From Fervidobacterium sp. (GTDB lineage Bacteria > Thermotogota > Thermotogae > Thermotogales > Fervidobacteriaceae), in contig JBMFNR010000001.1 in the NCBI GenBank assembly GCA_049970055.1, positions 352,001-416,000 on the forward strand: 64,000 bases of DNA, in the 5' to 3' direction. This document shows positions 51,718-61,972 of this stretch, piece after piece. Made by a program: the position numbers and the translations under genes. The notes below the pieces were generated by a model. It made no database searches. It saw nothing but the letters and a program-made list of their open reading frames with translations, and was not told the DNA's origin. Within the stretch, counting starts at the first letter, position 1. Each line of letters opens with the position of its first letter.

Positions 51718-51839
51718 TTTTTTGATATGTTTTGTGATATAATAACGTAGAAATGTGTATCCATCGTACTCTTGATTTTCACATATTAAAAGTGCTATTA
51801 TATATGTGTGTTTACTACTTATTAAAGGAGGGGGATTGT

Positions 51840-52115
51840 ATGAACAAAAAGACACTTGTCAACGCAGTTGCGGAAAAAACACAACTCAAGAAAAAAGATG
51901 TTAAGGCAGTTATTGACACACTATTTGAAGTTATAGCAGAAACACTCGAAAAGGGCGAAAAAGTACAACTTGTCGATTTCGGTACATTCGAAGTTAGGAA
52001 GATGGAAGGTAGAACAGGAGTTAACCCAAGAACGAAAGCAAAGATTAAGATTCCTTCAAGAAAAGTTCCAAAGTTCAAACCTGGAAAAGTTCTCAAAGAA
52101 AGAGTCAACAAATAA
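51840..52115 (+). CDS. hup: histone-like DNA-binding protein HU
   Basis: MNKKTLV...FGTFEVR....RTGVNPRT...VPKFKPGK.LKE; start moved to ATG 51840 behind AGGAGG. Confidence 0.96.
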   Translation: MNKKTLVNAVAEKTQLKKKDVKAVIDTLFEVIAETLEKGEKVQLVDFGTFEVRKMEGRTGVNPRTKAKIKIPSRKVPKFKPGKVLKERVNK

Positions 52116-52149
52116 TAACAAGTGCTCGAAAGTGAATTTACTGGCAATG

Positions 52150-52178
52150 AAAACCGGGGAGTTTGTCCCCGGTTTTTT
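52150..52178 (+). terminator. intrinsic terminator after hup
   Basis: AAAACCGGGGA...TCCCCGGTTTTTT. Confidence 0.85.
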
Positions 52179-52294
52179 ATTTGCGGCTTTATTTATATTC
52201 CCAACAAGACATTAATCTGGTATAATTTGATAAGAAATATAATCTTCAGAAGTTTCAGAATTTCGACTGAGGTTTTAATTACGGAGGTGTCATC

Positions 52295-53098
52295 GTGATT
52301 AAACACATTGGAAATTACATTTTTAAAGACATTGGTGGAACAATTGTTGCTCAATCGCCCATGTTTTTGAATTTTCCAAAAGTTGTTCATTACTTTACCA
52401 CAAGGGTAATTAGTGATGAAAATAAGATAAACGAGCTTGGAGAGTTGAATATGGGGGTAAGTGATGAGAACTTTCCCAAACATTTTGAGTACTTTGCTAA
52501 ACTTTCAAACATTGATTCACAAAGGTGTGTGTTTTCGCATCAGGTGCATGGGAAAAATATAAAAGTTATAACTTCCGAAGACGTTGGAAAACCTTACTGG
52601 GACAGAAAATTAAAAGACACTGATGGGTTAATTACGAAAGAAAAAGGCCTTTTTCTTGTGACAACTTACGCAGACTGCATGCCTATCTTAGTGTACGATC
52701 CACTTAACGGAGTTATAGGTGTTGCACATTCAGGGTGGCGTGGAACTCTACACGAAATTGCAAAAGAGCTTGTACTCAAAATAAACGAAGAGTTTGGTAG
52801 TAAGCCTGGCGACGTCTTCGTTAGTGTAGGTCCTTCTATAGGGCCTGAGAGTTTCGCGGTGGGTGAAGAAATAGCAGCCGAATTTCTAGTAAAATTTGGG
52901 AAAGAGGTGGTAAGGCAAGAGAAGGAAAAGTTGTATGTTGATCTGTGGAAAGCTGTAAAATTGATGCTAAATTCCATAGGTGTTGAACATATAGAATTTT
53001 CCCAGATCGATACGTACAGATGTACAAGTTACTTTTACTCTTATAGAAAGGAAGCAACGAAGAAAAGATTTGCCGCAGTTATTGGCATGCTGGAATAG
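52295..53098 (+). CDS. pgeF: PgeF/YfiH/YlmD family protein
   Basis: QVHG, DGLIT, ADCMPI, AHSGWRG, GPSIG, YFYSYR. Confidence 0.9.
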   Translation: MIKHIGNYIFKDIGGTIVAQSPMFLNFPKVVHYFTTRVISDENKINELGELNMGVSDENFPKHFEYFAKLSNIDSQRCVFSHQVHGKNIKVITSEDVGKPYWDRKLKDTDGLITKEKGLFLVTTYADCMPILVYDPLNGVIGVAHSGWRGTLHEIAKELVLKINEEFGSKPGDVFVSVGPSIGPESFAVGEEIAAEFLVKFGKEVVRQEKEKLYVDLWKAVKLMLNSIGVEHIEFSQIDTYRCTSYFYSYRKEATKKRFAAVIGMLE

Positions 53099-53150
53099 AA
53101 ATGGGTTAGAAATCGAAAAAATGGGATAATCGTTAGGTAGGTGAAATTAC

Positions 53151-53810
53151 TTGAAGAAAGGTGATATTCTTTCAATAAGTCTTTTCGTTCTTTTAGGCTT
53201 TGTTCTACTGTATGACAGAACTCGTTCGGTTTACTTAGCGCTTAATTTAACTCATCCCTATATCATGGGCTTTTTTAAAGTTGGCATTCTTGCGACATTC
53301 GGTGAAATTCTTGCAATGAGAATTTCAAAGAATGATTACACAATGCCTACAGGTGTGCTTTACAGATTTATCGTTTGGGGATTGCTCGGTATGGTTTTTG
53401 TTGCAGTCTTTGAGCTCTTTGGAAGTGGTACTAAGGCACTTTTGGAAAAGAATTTGCTACCGTACACAGAAAGTACAAGACCGTTCTTTCAAGCTTTTTA
53501 CACAAGCCTTTTGATGAATTTAATCTTTGCTCCATCGTTTATGGCGTTCCATAAGATAACAGATGCATGCATTGATATGGCCAATGGAAAAATAAAAAAT
53601 ATGTTCAGTATCAAATTTGACGATGTGTTGTTACACATCGATTGGAAAACATTTGTTAATTTTGTAATTTTAAAAACGATACCCTTTTTCTGGATACCCG
53701 CTCATACAGTAACATTTTTACTGCCATCTTCATATCGTGTTCTTATGGCTGCATTGCTATCAATCGCTCTTGGTGTGTTCCTTTCTTTAAGAAGAAAGGC
53801 CAAGGGTTGA
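53151..53810 (+). CDS. membrane protein, Mpv17/PMP22-like
   Basis: several TM segments; FFWIPAHTVTFLLP..YRVL. Confidence 0.65.
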   Translation: MKKGDILSISLFVLLGFVLLYDRTRSVYLALNLTHPYIMGFFKVGILATFGEILAMRISKNDYTMPTGVLYRFIVWGLLGMVFVAVFELFGSGTKALLEKNLLPYTESTRPFFQAFYTSLLMNLIFAPSFMAFHKITDACIDMANGKIKNMFSIKFDDVLLHIDWKTFVNFVILKTIPFFWIPAHTVTFLLPSSYRVLMAALLSIALGVFLSLRRKAKG

Positions 53811-54761
53811 TGACGATGTGTCGTTGAATGTATCTTTGAAAAACTTTACAGAATACTTTAATATGAATCTTCTAAACATGTAAGAAGATTTATGACCTGA
53901 AGGTACCGTAATCTTTTTGGCATTTGGTAGCAGTCGGAACAAACTATCTGAAGCTTTACGAGGGATAACTTTATCGAAGATTCCTTGGAATAGTAATACA
54001 GGTTGCTGTACAAACTTTGCATACGAAATTGGATCGTAATGAAAGCATGTAGGTTTGAGTTCAAAGATCTCTTCGATTGATTTTAGATTGTGTACTCTTC
54101 TTCTGCTTTCGTTTCTTAATTGTACACACCTATTCTCATCCTTACAACCCCACTCGTTACTGTAAAGTGCGTATGCTTGCCGCACTGGTTCTACATAAGG
54201 TGAGTACCAATTGATCCAGCGCCAATCACCACCTGTAAAACTTAAGATACCCACTTTTATACGCTTGTCCAGAGCCAATGCCATTGTGGCAATCATTCCA
54301 CCAAAACTAAACCCCATGATGCCAATTGGAAGATCATTTATACTTGCAAAATTTTCTTCGCTTTCAATGAGATCCAACGTTCTTCTAACATCTTTGATAG
54401 CTTGGTGAAATCTCACAACACAGTGCGCTGGTGAATGATGGAAAAACGGTTCTCCACCTTCCCACTCAGGCTTAGCTCGTTCCCGGTGATATGGATGTAT
54501 CAAAAAGAATGTTTCTATCCCGTGCTTTGCGAATTCCTCACCAAACCACATAAGATACGGTACATGACCGTTGCCGATACCATGGAGAAATATCAGAGCC
54601 ATCCATGGGTTTTGTGCATGGTATTGGTAAACATATATAGTTTTTGATTCAGGTATATCAGGTTCGTACACTGCGGTAAATTTCAAGATGGTGTAGTTTT
54701 CTTTCTCTTCTCTTTGCAAATTGAAGGGTATGTTCTTGTCGTACTCATATATGTATTTCAT
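53787..54761 (-). CDS. alpha/beta hydrolase
   Basis: FLHGIG, GFSFGG nucleophile elbow, D(KVIP), GH; start moved to ATG 54761 behind GGAGG. Confidence 0.85.
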   Translation of the reverse strand: MKYIYEYDKNIPFNLQREEKENYTILKFTAVYEPDIPESKTIYVYQYHAQNPWMALIFLHGIGNGHVPYLMWFGEEFAKHGIETFFLIHPYHRERAKPEWEGGEPFFHHSPAHCVVRFHQAIKDVRRTLDLIESEENFASINDLPIGIMGFSFGGMIATMALALDKRIKVGILSFTGGDWRWINWYSPYVEPVRQAYALYSNEWGCKDENRCVQLRNESRRRVHNLKSIEEIFELKPTCFHYDPISYAKFVQQPVLLFQGIFDKVIPRKASDSLFRLLPNAKKITVPSGHKSSYMFRRFILKYSVKFFKDTFNDTSSSTLGLSS

Positions 54762-55411
54762 CACTTGACCTCCTTGTTGTTGTAAAACTGAACACCTATG
54801 TACCGCCCGATAGATGCTCCGAAAAGTACATCCGAAGTCCAATGATTATTCGACCACAGTCGTTGTAAAGAAAAAAGCGTTGGAACAATATACCATCCAT
54901 TACCGTAGCGAAGAGCCAAAGGTGTGAATATAGACCAAACGAGTGCACTATGTCCAGATGGAAAAGATTGGAAATCCTTTGATATACTAAACATAGAAAA
55001 ATTATAAGCACTTGAATTGGTATACGGCCTTGCACGTCCAAATATATATTTCAGCAAAACTGTTATTGCACCAGTTACAGCAAAACTTTCCAATATAGTG
55101 AATGAAGTATAGCTATCGAATGGATACACGGCAAGAGAGGTAAGTACGGCAAGGGCCGAAAATTCCAACGTATCGAAATCGTTGAGAAAGCTCAAAAAAT
55201 TACTTTTTGGCATAAGAGAATTTAATTGATTATCAAAAAATAATGTTACGCAACCAAGTACCGTGATAGGACTGGTTATAAAGTCATTTCCATTTTGCCA
55301 AGTTTTCTCCAAATCGTAGTCTATTTCTTTGAGTATATCAAATTGAGCAAATGCTATTATCGATAATACCATCGAAGATAACAAAAATATAAGAGTAAGC
55401 TTTGATTGCAT
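54761..55411 (-). CDS. PAP2-family phosphatase
   Basis: K...GRARP, SFPSGHS, R.....HWTSDV motifs; N-terminal signal from ATG 55411. Confidence 0.88.
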   Translation of the reverse strand: MQSKLTLIFLLSSMVLSIIAFAQFDILKEIDYDLEKTWQNGNDFITSPITVLGCVTLFFDNQLNSLMPKSNFLSFLNDFDTLEFSALAVLTSLAVYPFDSYTSFTILESFAVTGAITVLLKYIFGRARPYTNSSAYNFSMFSISKDFQSFPSGHSALVWSIFTPLALRYGNGWYIVPTLFSLQRLWSNNHWTSDVLFGASIGRYIGVQFYNNKEVK

Positions 55412-55412
55412 T

Positions 55413-56996
55413 TTAAATCTCCTTCTCCATGCGTACGTGCAAGATACCAGCCTCATAAAATTCATCACCAATTTGTTTGTACCCGAGCTTGGAATAAAAA
55501 TCCTTAACTTGGGATTGTGCGTTTAAAGCCAGCTTCTTTTTTGAAGAAATAGCCCTTAAGAAATTTTCGATATGTTGCATTATCATTTTTCCATATCCAT
55601 AGCCTCTGTGCTCGACAGGTACGGCCACACGTTCTATTTTCCAGTAATCTTTCATATCTCTTGCCCTTGCCACCGCAACAGGTTTTGAAAAGTGAGTCAA
55701 TACAAAATGGATTGCTCTGTCGTCTTCGCCATCCATTTCAAGCGAGCTGTCTATGCCTTGCTCCTTTACAAACACCTCTTCCCTTATCATTTTACAGATT
55801 TTGAATCTTTCGTCCGGTAATGTGAAGGCAAAAAATTTGATGCTATCTTCGTAAGCCTTTCTCATCCGTTCAAGTCCTTTTCTCAACAGTTCGCGTGGAC
55901 AAGCGAAGTTGAGGCGAACGCAATTTTTATCACCAAACTCACTACCGTCGAATAAATAAACTTTTGCATTTTTCAAAAAGAATTCGAATGGATTATCAAC
56001 ACCTGTTTTGGAACAATCGATCCACATCAAGTACGTACCTTCTGGACATGTCGGTTCAAGAAGTGACATATGCTTTTTAATATAATTATAAGCGAAATCT
56101 CTATTAGATTGCAAGTATTCGAGAAGTTTGTCTACCCATTCGAAAGATTTATAAGCGCTTTTCAAGGCTTCAATCGAAAAGATATTACCCGTCGTAAGTT
56201 CAAGGCTTTTAACATAATTTATATATTCAACGCGTAATCGTTCATCTGGTATCATTCCATATGCATTTGTTAGACCGGCTATATTAAATGTCTTTCCAGG
56301 CGAGTTGAGTACAATTACATTCTCAAAGCCAATTTTCATAAAACTTGTGAAGCGATTTGGCTTGTAAACAATATCTGCATGTATCTCATCGGAAATAACT
56401 ATTATATCTTTCTTTAAAGCTATCTCGTATATTTTTTCCAGTTCTTCCGGTGTCCACACACGACCGACTGGGTTGTGGGGATTCGAGATGATAATCATCT
56501 TTGTCCGATCATCGATAGAGTTTTCTAAATTTTCAAAATCTATCGTCCACTTTTCGCCTTTCTTCACTAGTCTGTTTTCAACAATCCTTCTTCCGTTATT
56601 TTCAATAACTCTAAAAAAAGGTGGATAAACTGGGGGTTGGATGATGATCTTATCTCCAGGCTGGGAGAAAAGATTTATAAGAAAGGCTATCATCGGTACT
56701 ACCCCAGGTCCATTTACTATCCATTCTTTTTTTATATCTATTTCGTACCGTATTTTGTACCACTCAACAATTGAATCGTAATACTCATCGGATCGGTACG
56801 TGTAACCGAAGATACCATGATTTGCTCGTTCAACTAGAGCTTTGATGAGACTTTCCGGTGATTTGAAATCCATATCTGCAACCCACATAGGGATCATATC
56901 TTCCCCATACAAGTTTAAAATCGTATCCCATTTGAAACTATCACTTCCTCTGCGCTCAACGATTGAATCAAAGTCACTAGAAGGTACCAAATTCAA
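55413..56996 (-). CDS. PatB/MalY PLP-dependent C-S lyase fused to a C-terminal GNAT acetyltransferase
   Basis: PMWVADMDF, NPHNPVGR, DEIHAD, SPGKTFN, RLNFACP; then EVFVKEQG...KIERVAV...RGYGYG...FYSKLGY...EAGI.H. Confidence 0.9.
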   Translation of the reverse strand: MNLVPSSDFDSIVERRGSDSFKWDTILNLYGEDMIPMWVADMDFKSPESLIKALVERANHGIFGYTYRSDEYYDSIVEWYKIRYEIDIKKEWIVNGPGVVPMIAFLINLFSQPGDKIIIQPPVYPPFFRVIENNGRRIVENRLVKKGEKWTIDFENLENSIDDRTKMIIISNPHNPVGRVWTPEELEKIYEIALKKDIIVISDEIHADIVYKPNRFTSFMKIGFENVIVLNSPGKTFNIAGLTNAYGMIPDERLRVEYINYVKSLELTTGNIFSIEALKSAYKSFEWVDKLLEYLQSNRDFAYNYIKKHMSLLEPTCPEGTYLMWIDCSKTGVDNPFEFFLKNAKVYLFDGSEFGDKNCVRLNFACPRELLRKGLERMRKAYEDSIKFFAFTLPDERFKICKMIREEVFVKEQGIDSSLEMDGEDDRAIHFVLTHFSKPVAVARARDMKDYWKIERVAVPVEHRGYGYGKMIMQHIENFLRAISSKKKLALNAQSQVKDFYSKLGYKQIGDEFYEAGILHVRMEKEI

Positions 56997-57132
56997 TCCC
57001 CCCTGTTAAAGTTTTAAAAGTTTTATATGTATTTCTTATGAGAAGTTATTTGGTTTTCTCATATCATTATAACACTTTTTCCAAGAGTTTGTGATACAAT
57101 TAATTTGTAAAATAGCGAGGTAGGTGAAATAT

Positions 57133-58401
57133 ATGAAAATGCCAAACTTTACTATGTGGTTCATAATTTTCGTGTTTGTCTTTGGTAGCTTGGCAATATA
57201 TGTGTATGAACATTTCAGATATTCGCCTTTCGCATTGAGGGTAGATTTTGAAGTTGTAAAAGAATATCTGTTTGACAGGCATGTAGAGTGCTACGATACA
57301 AATTTTCGAAATAGATTAAGAAGTCAGCAAATCGATTTTTCTAATCGGATGAGTAGCTATCAGTTTGCGCTGAGAATATCTTCATTTTTGTCAAAATTAA
57401 ACGATGGTATCACACGTATAAATGTCCCTGTAAGAAAAGTCGATAAAGTACTTCCGTTGAAATTCAAATATTTTCAAAATGAGGTAATCGTTTATGAAAC
57501 AAATTGCGAAATACCAGAAGGTGCAACGATACTTTCTATGAACGGTGAACCCATAGATGGAATACTTGAGAAATACAAGGGCTTGTTTCCCAACTTGAAT
57601 AACTATCAAGCGAAATACGCATTTGTCGATACGCTTTTATCTTACTACCTGAAGATTATTGACGCTAATGCTATTCAGTTAACTTACAGATTACCAAATT
57701 CTGCTGCTCAGCGGACAACTTATCTCAAGGGTGTAGAAAAATTTCAAGAGAAAAGAAATATAGTGGAAAGTTACGAATTAGATGGTGTGCTTTTCGTAAA
57801 AATCAATTCATTCAAAATCTCATCTAAGCAAGACATGCAAATTGTCACGCAAACATTTGAGGATCTTGCATCTAAATCCACGGATAATTCCACTATCGTT
57901 TTTGATTTAAGATTCGCAGAAGATGGTGATGAAACAATACCGACAATAATTGTGTCTTCTTTAATCACAGAGCAAATGAATTTGTATCCGAGGCTTTTCG
58001 TGAGGTACAAAGACCGACTTGTTGAGAAATCTCAAATTCCTATCCAACCTGGTGATAAAAAATTACGTGGGAGAATTTACTTCCTTGTTGACAATTCTTC
58101 GTTTTATACACCTATCAAAGTACTAATTACTAACGTTTTGGAAAACAACCTTGGCACCGTCGTAGCAACACAAGAAGAATTTATTTTTGATGATTACTTT
58201 TACATCGACGCAATTGAGAAGATACTTCCTAATACAAAAGCACATTTAATTCTACCGACAGCAATTGTGAAATTTATTACACCTAATAAAATGGGTAAAA
58301 TAGAGCGCAGAGGCGACCTTCAAATTGCTTATAGTGAGCTTGTAGATATCGAAAGCTATAAGCATTACGCTCTAAAGATAGCTAAAGCGTTAAGCCGATA
58401 A
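57133..58401 (+). CDS. membrane-anchored PDZ / S41 peptidase-like protein with degenerate motifs
   Basis: TM anchor, LNDG.T, PDZ-like GATILSMNG.P, FVKINSF, FDLR, IYFLVD. Confidence 0.6.
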   Translation: MKMPNFTMWFIIFVFVFGSLAIYVYEHFRYSPFALRVDFEVVKEYLFDRHVECYDTNFRNRLRSQQIDFSNRMSSYQFALRISSFLSKLNDGITRINVPVRKVDKVLPLKFKYFQNEVIVYETNCEIPEGATILSMNGEPIDGILEKYKGLFPNLNNYQAKYAFVDTLLSYYLKIIDANAIQLTYRLPNSAAQRTTYLKGVEKFQEKRNIVESYELDGVLFVKINSFKISSKQDMQIVTQTFEDLASKSTDNSTIVFDLRFAEDGDETIPTIIVSSLITEQMNLYPRLFVRYKDRLVEKSQIPIQPGDKKLRGRIYFLVDNSSFYTPIKVLITNVLENNLGTVVATQEEFIFDDYFYIDAIEKILPNTKAHLILPTAIVKFITPNKMGKIERRGDLQIAYSELVDIESYKHYALKIAKALSR

Positions 58402-58425
58402 CTTTGGGAAAGGAGCGGACTTAAG

Positions 58426-59490
58426 ATGCCACTTGTGAATGATTTGCTAAATTATATTAAGGAAGGGAAGATTTTAGAGCTTCTCGAAGAGCTTGAGATA
58501 CCTGCTTACATAGTATCAAGAGACAGGGTAATTGTTTTTTGGAATAAAGCTGCGGAAAAATTAACAGGATACACTAGTGAAGAAGTTATTGGTAAACCGT
58601 GTGCTAAGCAAGTTTTAAATCATGTTGACAGGACTGGAATACCAGTCTGTACAACAGAACTTTGCCCGCTCTACCAAGCTATTAAAAGCGGCAAAACGGT
58701 ACAAGTACCTTTTGCAATTTATGGTTTGACAAAGAGTGGTAAACGTAGACCATTTTCCGTTTTTGGAATTCCAATTAAGAAAGATGGTAAAGTGATTGGT
58801 GCCATAGAATTTTTTACAAATGCAGAGGATTTAGATAATGATATGTCGCTTGCCATAAAGATTCAGCAAGCTTTTATTCCACAAGATACGGAGAGTATCA
58901 AATTTTTCTACAGACCATCAGTTGGACTTGGGGGTGACATGATATACTATAATCCCCCCTGGATAGGTATAATTGACATCAGCGGACATGGTGTGGCAGC
59001 GGCGCTTGTAAGTATGCTTTTAAGAACGATATTTGATGTAATAATATCATTTGATCCACCAATCAATGGCTTTCCATTGCTTATCGAAAATGAAATGAAA
59101 AAATACAACCTTGAAGGATTGTACTTTACAGCCATATTCGGAAAGTTGGAAAAAGACACATTTAATTTTCTTGATATTGGTCACCCTTCACCTATAAATA
59201 CCACTAAAAAACAAATTTTAAATACTGTGAACATTGCTCCAGTTGGTTTTGGTTTCTCACTTGATTACGACGAAAGTGTTATTAATGTGCACAAATTAAG
59301 CGATGGAAAATTGCTGCTTTATACAGATGGTATAAGCGAGTTGAAAACACGTTCGGGAATGTTAGGTACTGAAGGATTGGTTCGTTTAGTTGAACCAAAT
59401 GATGATCCCAGCGCAATTTATCTAAAAACATTAAAAATAAGAACGTCCCCCTTGCAGGAGGACGATATTACGATGATTTTAATGGGCTGA
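58426..59490 (+). CDS. PAS-domain SpoIIE/RsbU-type PP2C phosphatase
   Basis: WNKAAEKLTGY...IGK (PAS); AIKIQQ, GGD, DISGHGVAAAL, GHP, YTDG, DDIT. Confidence 0.9.
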   Translation: MPLVNDLLNYIKEGKILELLEELEIPAYIVSRDRVIVFWNKAAEKLTGYTSEEVIGKPCAKQVLNHVDRTGIPVCTTELCPLYQAIKSGKTVQVPFAIYGLTKSGKRRPFSVFGIPIKKDGKVIGAIEFFTNAEDLDNDMSLAIKIQQAFIPQDTESIKFFYRPSVGLGGDMIYYNPPWIGIIDISGHGVAAALVSMLLRTIFDVIISFDPPINGFPLLIENEMKKYNLEGLYFTAIFGKLEKDTFNFLDIGHPSPINTTKKQILNTVNIAPVGFGFSLDYDESVINVHKLSDGKLLLYTDGISELKTRSGMLGTEGLVRLVEPNDDPSAIYLKTLKIRTSPLQEDDITMILMG

Positions 59491-59538
59491 TAAAAACTAA
59501 TATGGGTTGATCTTTTTGAAATTTAAATTATTTGCATT

Positions 59539-61104
59539 TTATTCCCATTCGATTGTTGCGGGTGGTTTCGATGTAATATCGTAAACCACTCTATTTATTC
59601 CGCTAACCTCGTTGACGATCCGTTTGGCGACATGATTTAAGAAATCGTAAGGCACCTTCGCCCAATCTGCGGTCATACCATCCTCACTCGTGACAGCTCT
59701 CAATGCGATAACATTTTCGTAAGTTCTGTAATCCCCCATGACGCCAACACTCTTAACAGGTAAAAGTACGGCAAAAGCTTGCCAGACTTTGTCGTAAAGA
59801 TTCCATTTTTTGAGCTCTTCTATAAATATGTAATCAGCATCTTGAAGCAATTTAACAGCATCTTTCGTAACAGGTCCTATTATTCTCACAGCTAATCCGG
59901 GACCTGGGAATGGGTGGCGATTTAGTATACTCTCAGGTAACCCCAATTCTCGACCAAGTTTTCTGACTTCATCTTTGAAAAGGTACCTTAGTGGTTCCAC
60001 TATTTCAAATGGTAATTTTTCAGGTAAACCACCAACATTGTGGTGCGTTTTTATCTTTGCACCAGCTTTTCTTTCAATAACCTTACTTTCGATTATATCA
60101 GGATAGAGTGTTCCTTGCGCCAAGTATTTTATATCACCATGCTTTTCTTTCAAGCTCATTGCTTCTTCATAGAAAACATCGATGAATGTGTGTCCAATCC
60201 TTTTGCGTTTCTCTTCTGGGTCTTCAATTCCTTCAAGTGCGCGGAAAAATCGCTCAGAGGCATCAATATAGTGTATTTTAATGTCAATGTCTTCAAACTG
60301 TCTTACAACCTCTTGGGCTTCATTTTTTCTCAGAAATCCAGTATCGACGAATATGGGAATAAGTTTATCAGGAACAGCTTTGTGTAATAACGCAGCGACA
60401 ACGGATGAATCCACTCCACCCGAAAGACCAATTATAACCTTCCCGTCGATCTTTTCCCTTAGTTGTTCAATCATCTGCTGAGCAAAGTTTGACATTGACC
60501 AGTTCGGCTCAATTTTTGCCACTATTCTCAAAAAATTTTCTAGCATATTTTTACCGTATTGAGTGTGCACAACCTCTGGATGAAATTGGACACCGTAATA
60601 TTTTCCATCGAGACTTCTGACAGCAGCGTACGGTGAATTCTCGCTTTCTGCGATAACTTCAAAACGATTTGGAAGTCGTTCAACTCTGTCGGAATGGCTC
60701 ATCCATACAGTAAAGGTTTGAGGTAAATTTTCGAATATACCTGTTGACTTTAAAACTCTTAATTGGGCAGGTCCAAATTCTCGATGTGGAGATTTCTCAA
60801 TCCTTCCACCTAGTTGGTGAACAAGCGCTTGAAGGCCATAACATATTCCAAAAACGGGAAGGTTAGAATCAAAAACGTACTGAGGGATCTTTGGCGCTTC
60901 TTTATCGTATATACTTGAAGGTCCACCGGAGAGTATAAACGCAGCGGGTGAGAGTTTTTGTACATTTTCCCAGGGTTCATCGTACGTTAGCAATTCACAG
61001 TAGAAACCCAGTTCGCGCACTCGTCTTAGAATTAACTGCGTGTACTGAGAACCAAAATCAAGTACAATCACCGTTTTTTTGCCATCTTCTCTTAATTTTT
61101 CCAT
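59539..61104 (-). CDS. guaA: GMP synthase (glutamine-hydrolysing)
   Basis: DFGSQY, GICYG, QFHPEV, SGGVDS, KTHHNVGG, SKPPATIEWE. Confidence 0.98.
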   Translation of the reverse strand: MEKLREDGKKTVIVLDFGSQYTQLILRRVRELGFYCELLTYDEPWENVQKLSPAAFILSGGPSSIYDKEAPKIPQYVFDSNLPVFGICYGLQALVHQLGGRIEKSPHREFGPAQLRVLKSTGIFENLPQTFTVWMSHSDRVERLPNRFEVIAESENSPYAAVRSLDGKYYGVQFHPEVVHTQYGKNMLENFLRIVAKIEPNWSMSNFAQQMIEQLREKIDGKVIIGLSGGVDSSVVAALLHKAVPDKLIPIFVDTGFLRKNEAQEVVRQFEDIDIKIHYIDASERFFRALEGIEDPEEKRKRIGHTFIDVFYEEAMSLKEKHGDIKYLAQGTLYPDIIESKVIERKAGAKIKTHHNVGGLPEKLPFEIVEPLRYLFKDEVRKLGRELGLPESILNRHPFPGPGLAVRIIGPVTKDAVKLLQDADYIFIEELKKWNLYDKVWQAFAVLLPVKSVGVMGDYRTYENVIALRAVTSEDGMTADWAKVPYDFLNHVAKRIVNEVSGINRVVYDITSKPPATIEWE

Positions 61105-61185
61105 CAACTTTCCCCCCACGACAATGATAGTTTTCTATGAATCCTTACATTTAATTTATCACATTCATAACGGAAGTTCAATACC

Positions 61186-61863
61186 TTATATCTTCCCCAA
61201 TTTCATAGCAAAAATACCAGTTGAAAGTATAATCGCGGTTTCAAAACGCAGAATTTTTTTACCTAAGCACACACTTTTAAATTTGGATTTTAATAATCTC
61301 AGCTCATTTGTTGAGAAACCTCCCTCAGGACCTGCTATTATTCCAACGTTTTTTGAAATTCTATTTGGAATCTTTCTACCCTTGAAATCGAGTATATATG
61401 TACTTTCGGGTGCAATGGAAAAGATATCCAGAAACTCAATTACTCTAATACTTGGAAAATGATATCTTACGCATTGCTTAGAAGTTTCTCTAACTACCAA
61501 TTCCAATTTATCTTGCTTATCATTATAATGTCTTGAAGCTCTTTCGTTGTTGAACACGTATATCTCATCTACCCCAAGTTCTGTAGCTTTTTCAATGGAC
61601 CACCTTAATCTCTCCCACCTACCGGATGGAACGAAGAGCACAAGTCTTCCTTCTTTCGGCTGAACAAATTCATAAGAAAGTACAGAACCGTGAGCTTCAT
61701 TTTTTTCCACACGCTTAACAATGACTTTGTACTTTCCGCCATTCCCGTCTGTAGCTTCGACTATCTCGCCTTCTTTAACCCTCATGACCTTCATATGCGT
61801 TGTTTCATGTTCGTCAAAGTAAATCATATCACCTTTTGGTAAGCAAAAATAAATGTTTGGCAA
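61186..61863 (-). CDS. rsmE: 16S rRNA m3U1498 methyltransferase
   Basis: HMKVMR, EKATELGV, GPEGGFS, LGKKILRFETA; TTG start at 61863 behind GGGGG. Confidence 0.92.
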   Translation of the reverse strand: MPNIYFCLPKGDMIYFDEHETTHMKVMRVKEGEIVEATDGNGGKYKVIVKRVEKNEAHGSVLSYEFVQPKEGRLVLFVPSGRWERLRWSIEKATELGVDEIYVFNNERASRHYNDKQDKLELVVRETSKQCVRYHFPSIRVIEFLDIFSIAPESTYILDFKGRKIPNRISKNVGIIAGPEGGFSTNELRLLKSKFKSVCLGKKILRFETAIILSTGIFAMKLGKI

Positions 61864-61919
61864 TATAAATCCCCCCGTATCAAAATTATTCATATTATTG
61901 TATGATTGCTCATTATACC

Positions 61920-61943
61920 AAAAACCGCCCCAAAAGGGGCGGT
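61920..61943 (-). terminator. intrinsic terminator after the ABC ATPase
   Basis: ACCGCCCC-TTTT-GGGGCGGT-TTTT on the minus strand. Confidence 0.85.
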
Positions 61944-61972
61944 ATAAAGATTGATTTAAATCAACACAAAAC

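Noticed and set aside
51753..51839. N-terminal extensions given by the ORF track for HU (and for rsmE, rpoB, the hydrolase and the ABC ATPase)
   Set aside because: Downstream starts have clear SD sequences and match the family N-termini; the extensions cover promoter or terminator DNA or overlap neighbouring genes
61105..61185. Purine riboswitch upstream of guaA (or of the nucleoside ABC operon)
   Set aside because: The spacer is short and AT-rich, with no purine aptamer core or expression platform visible
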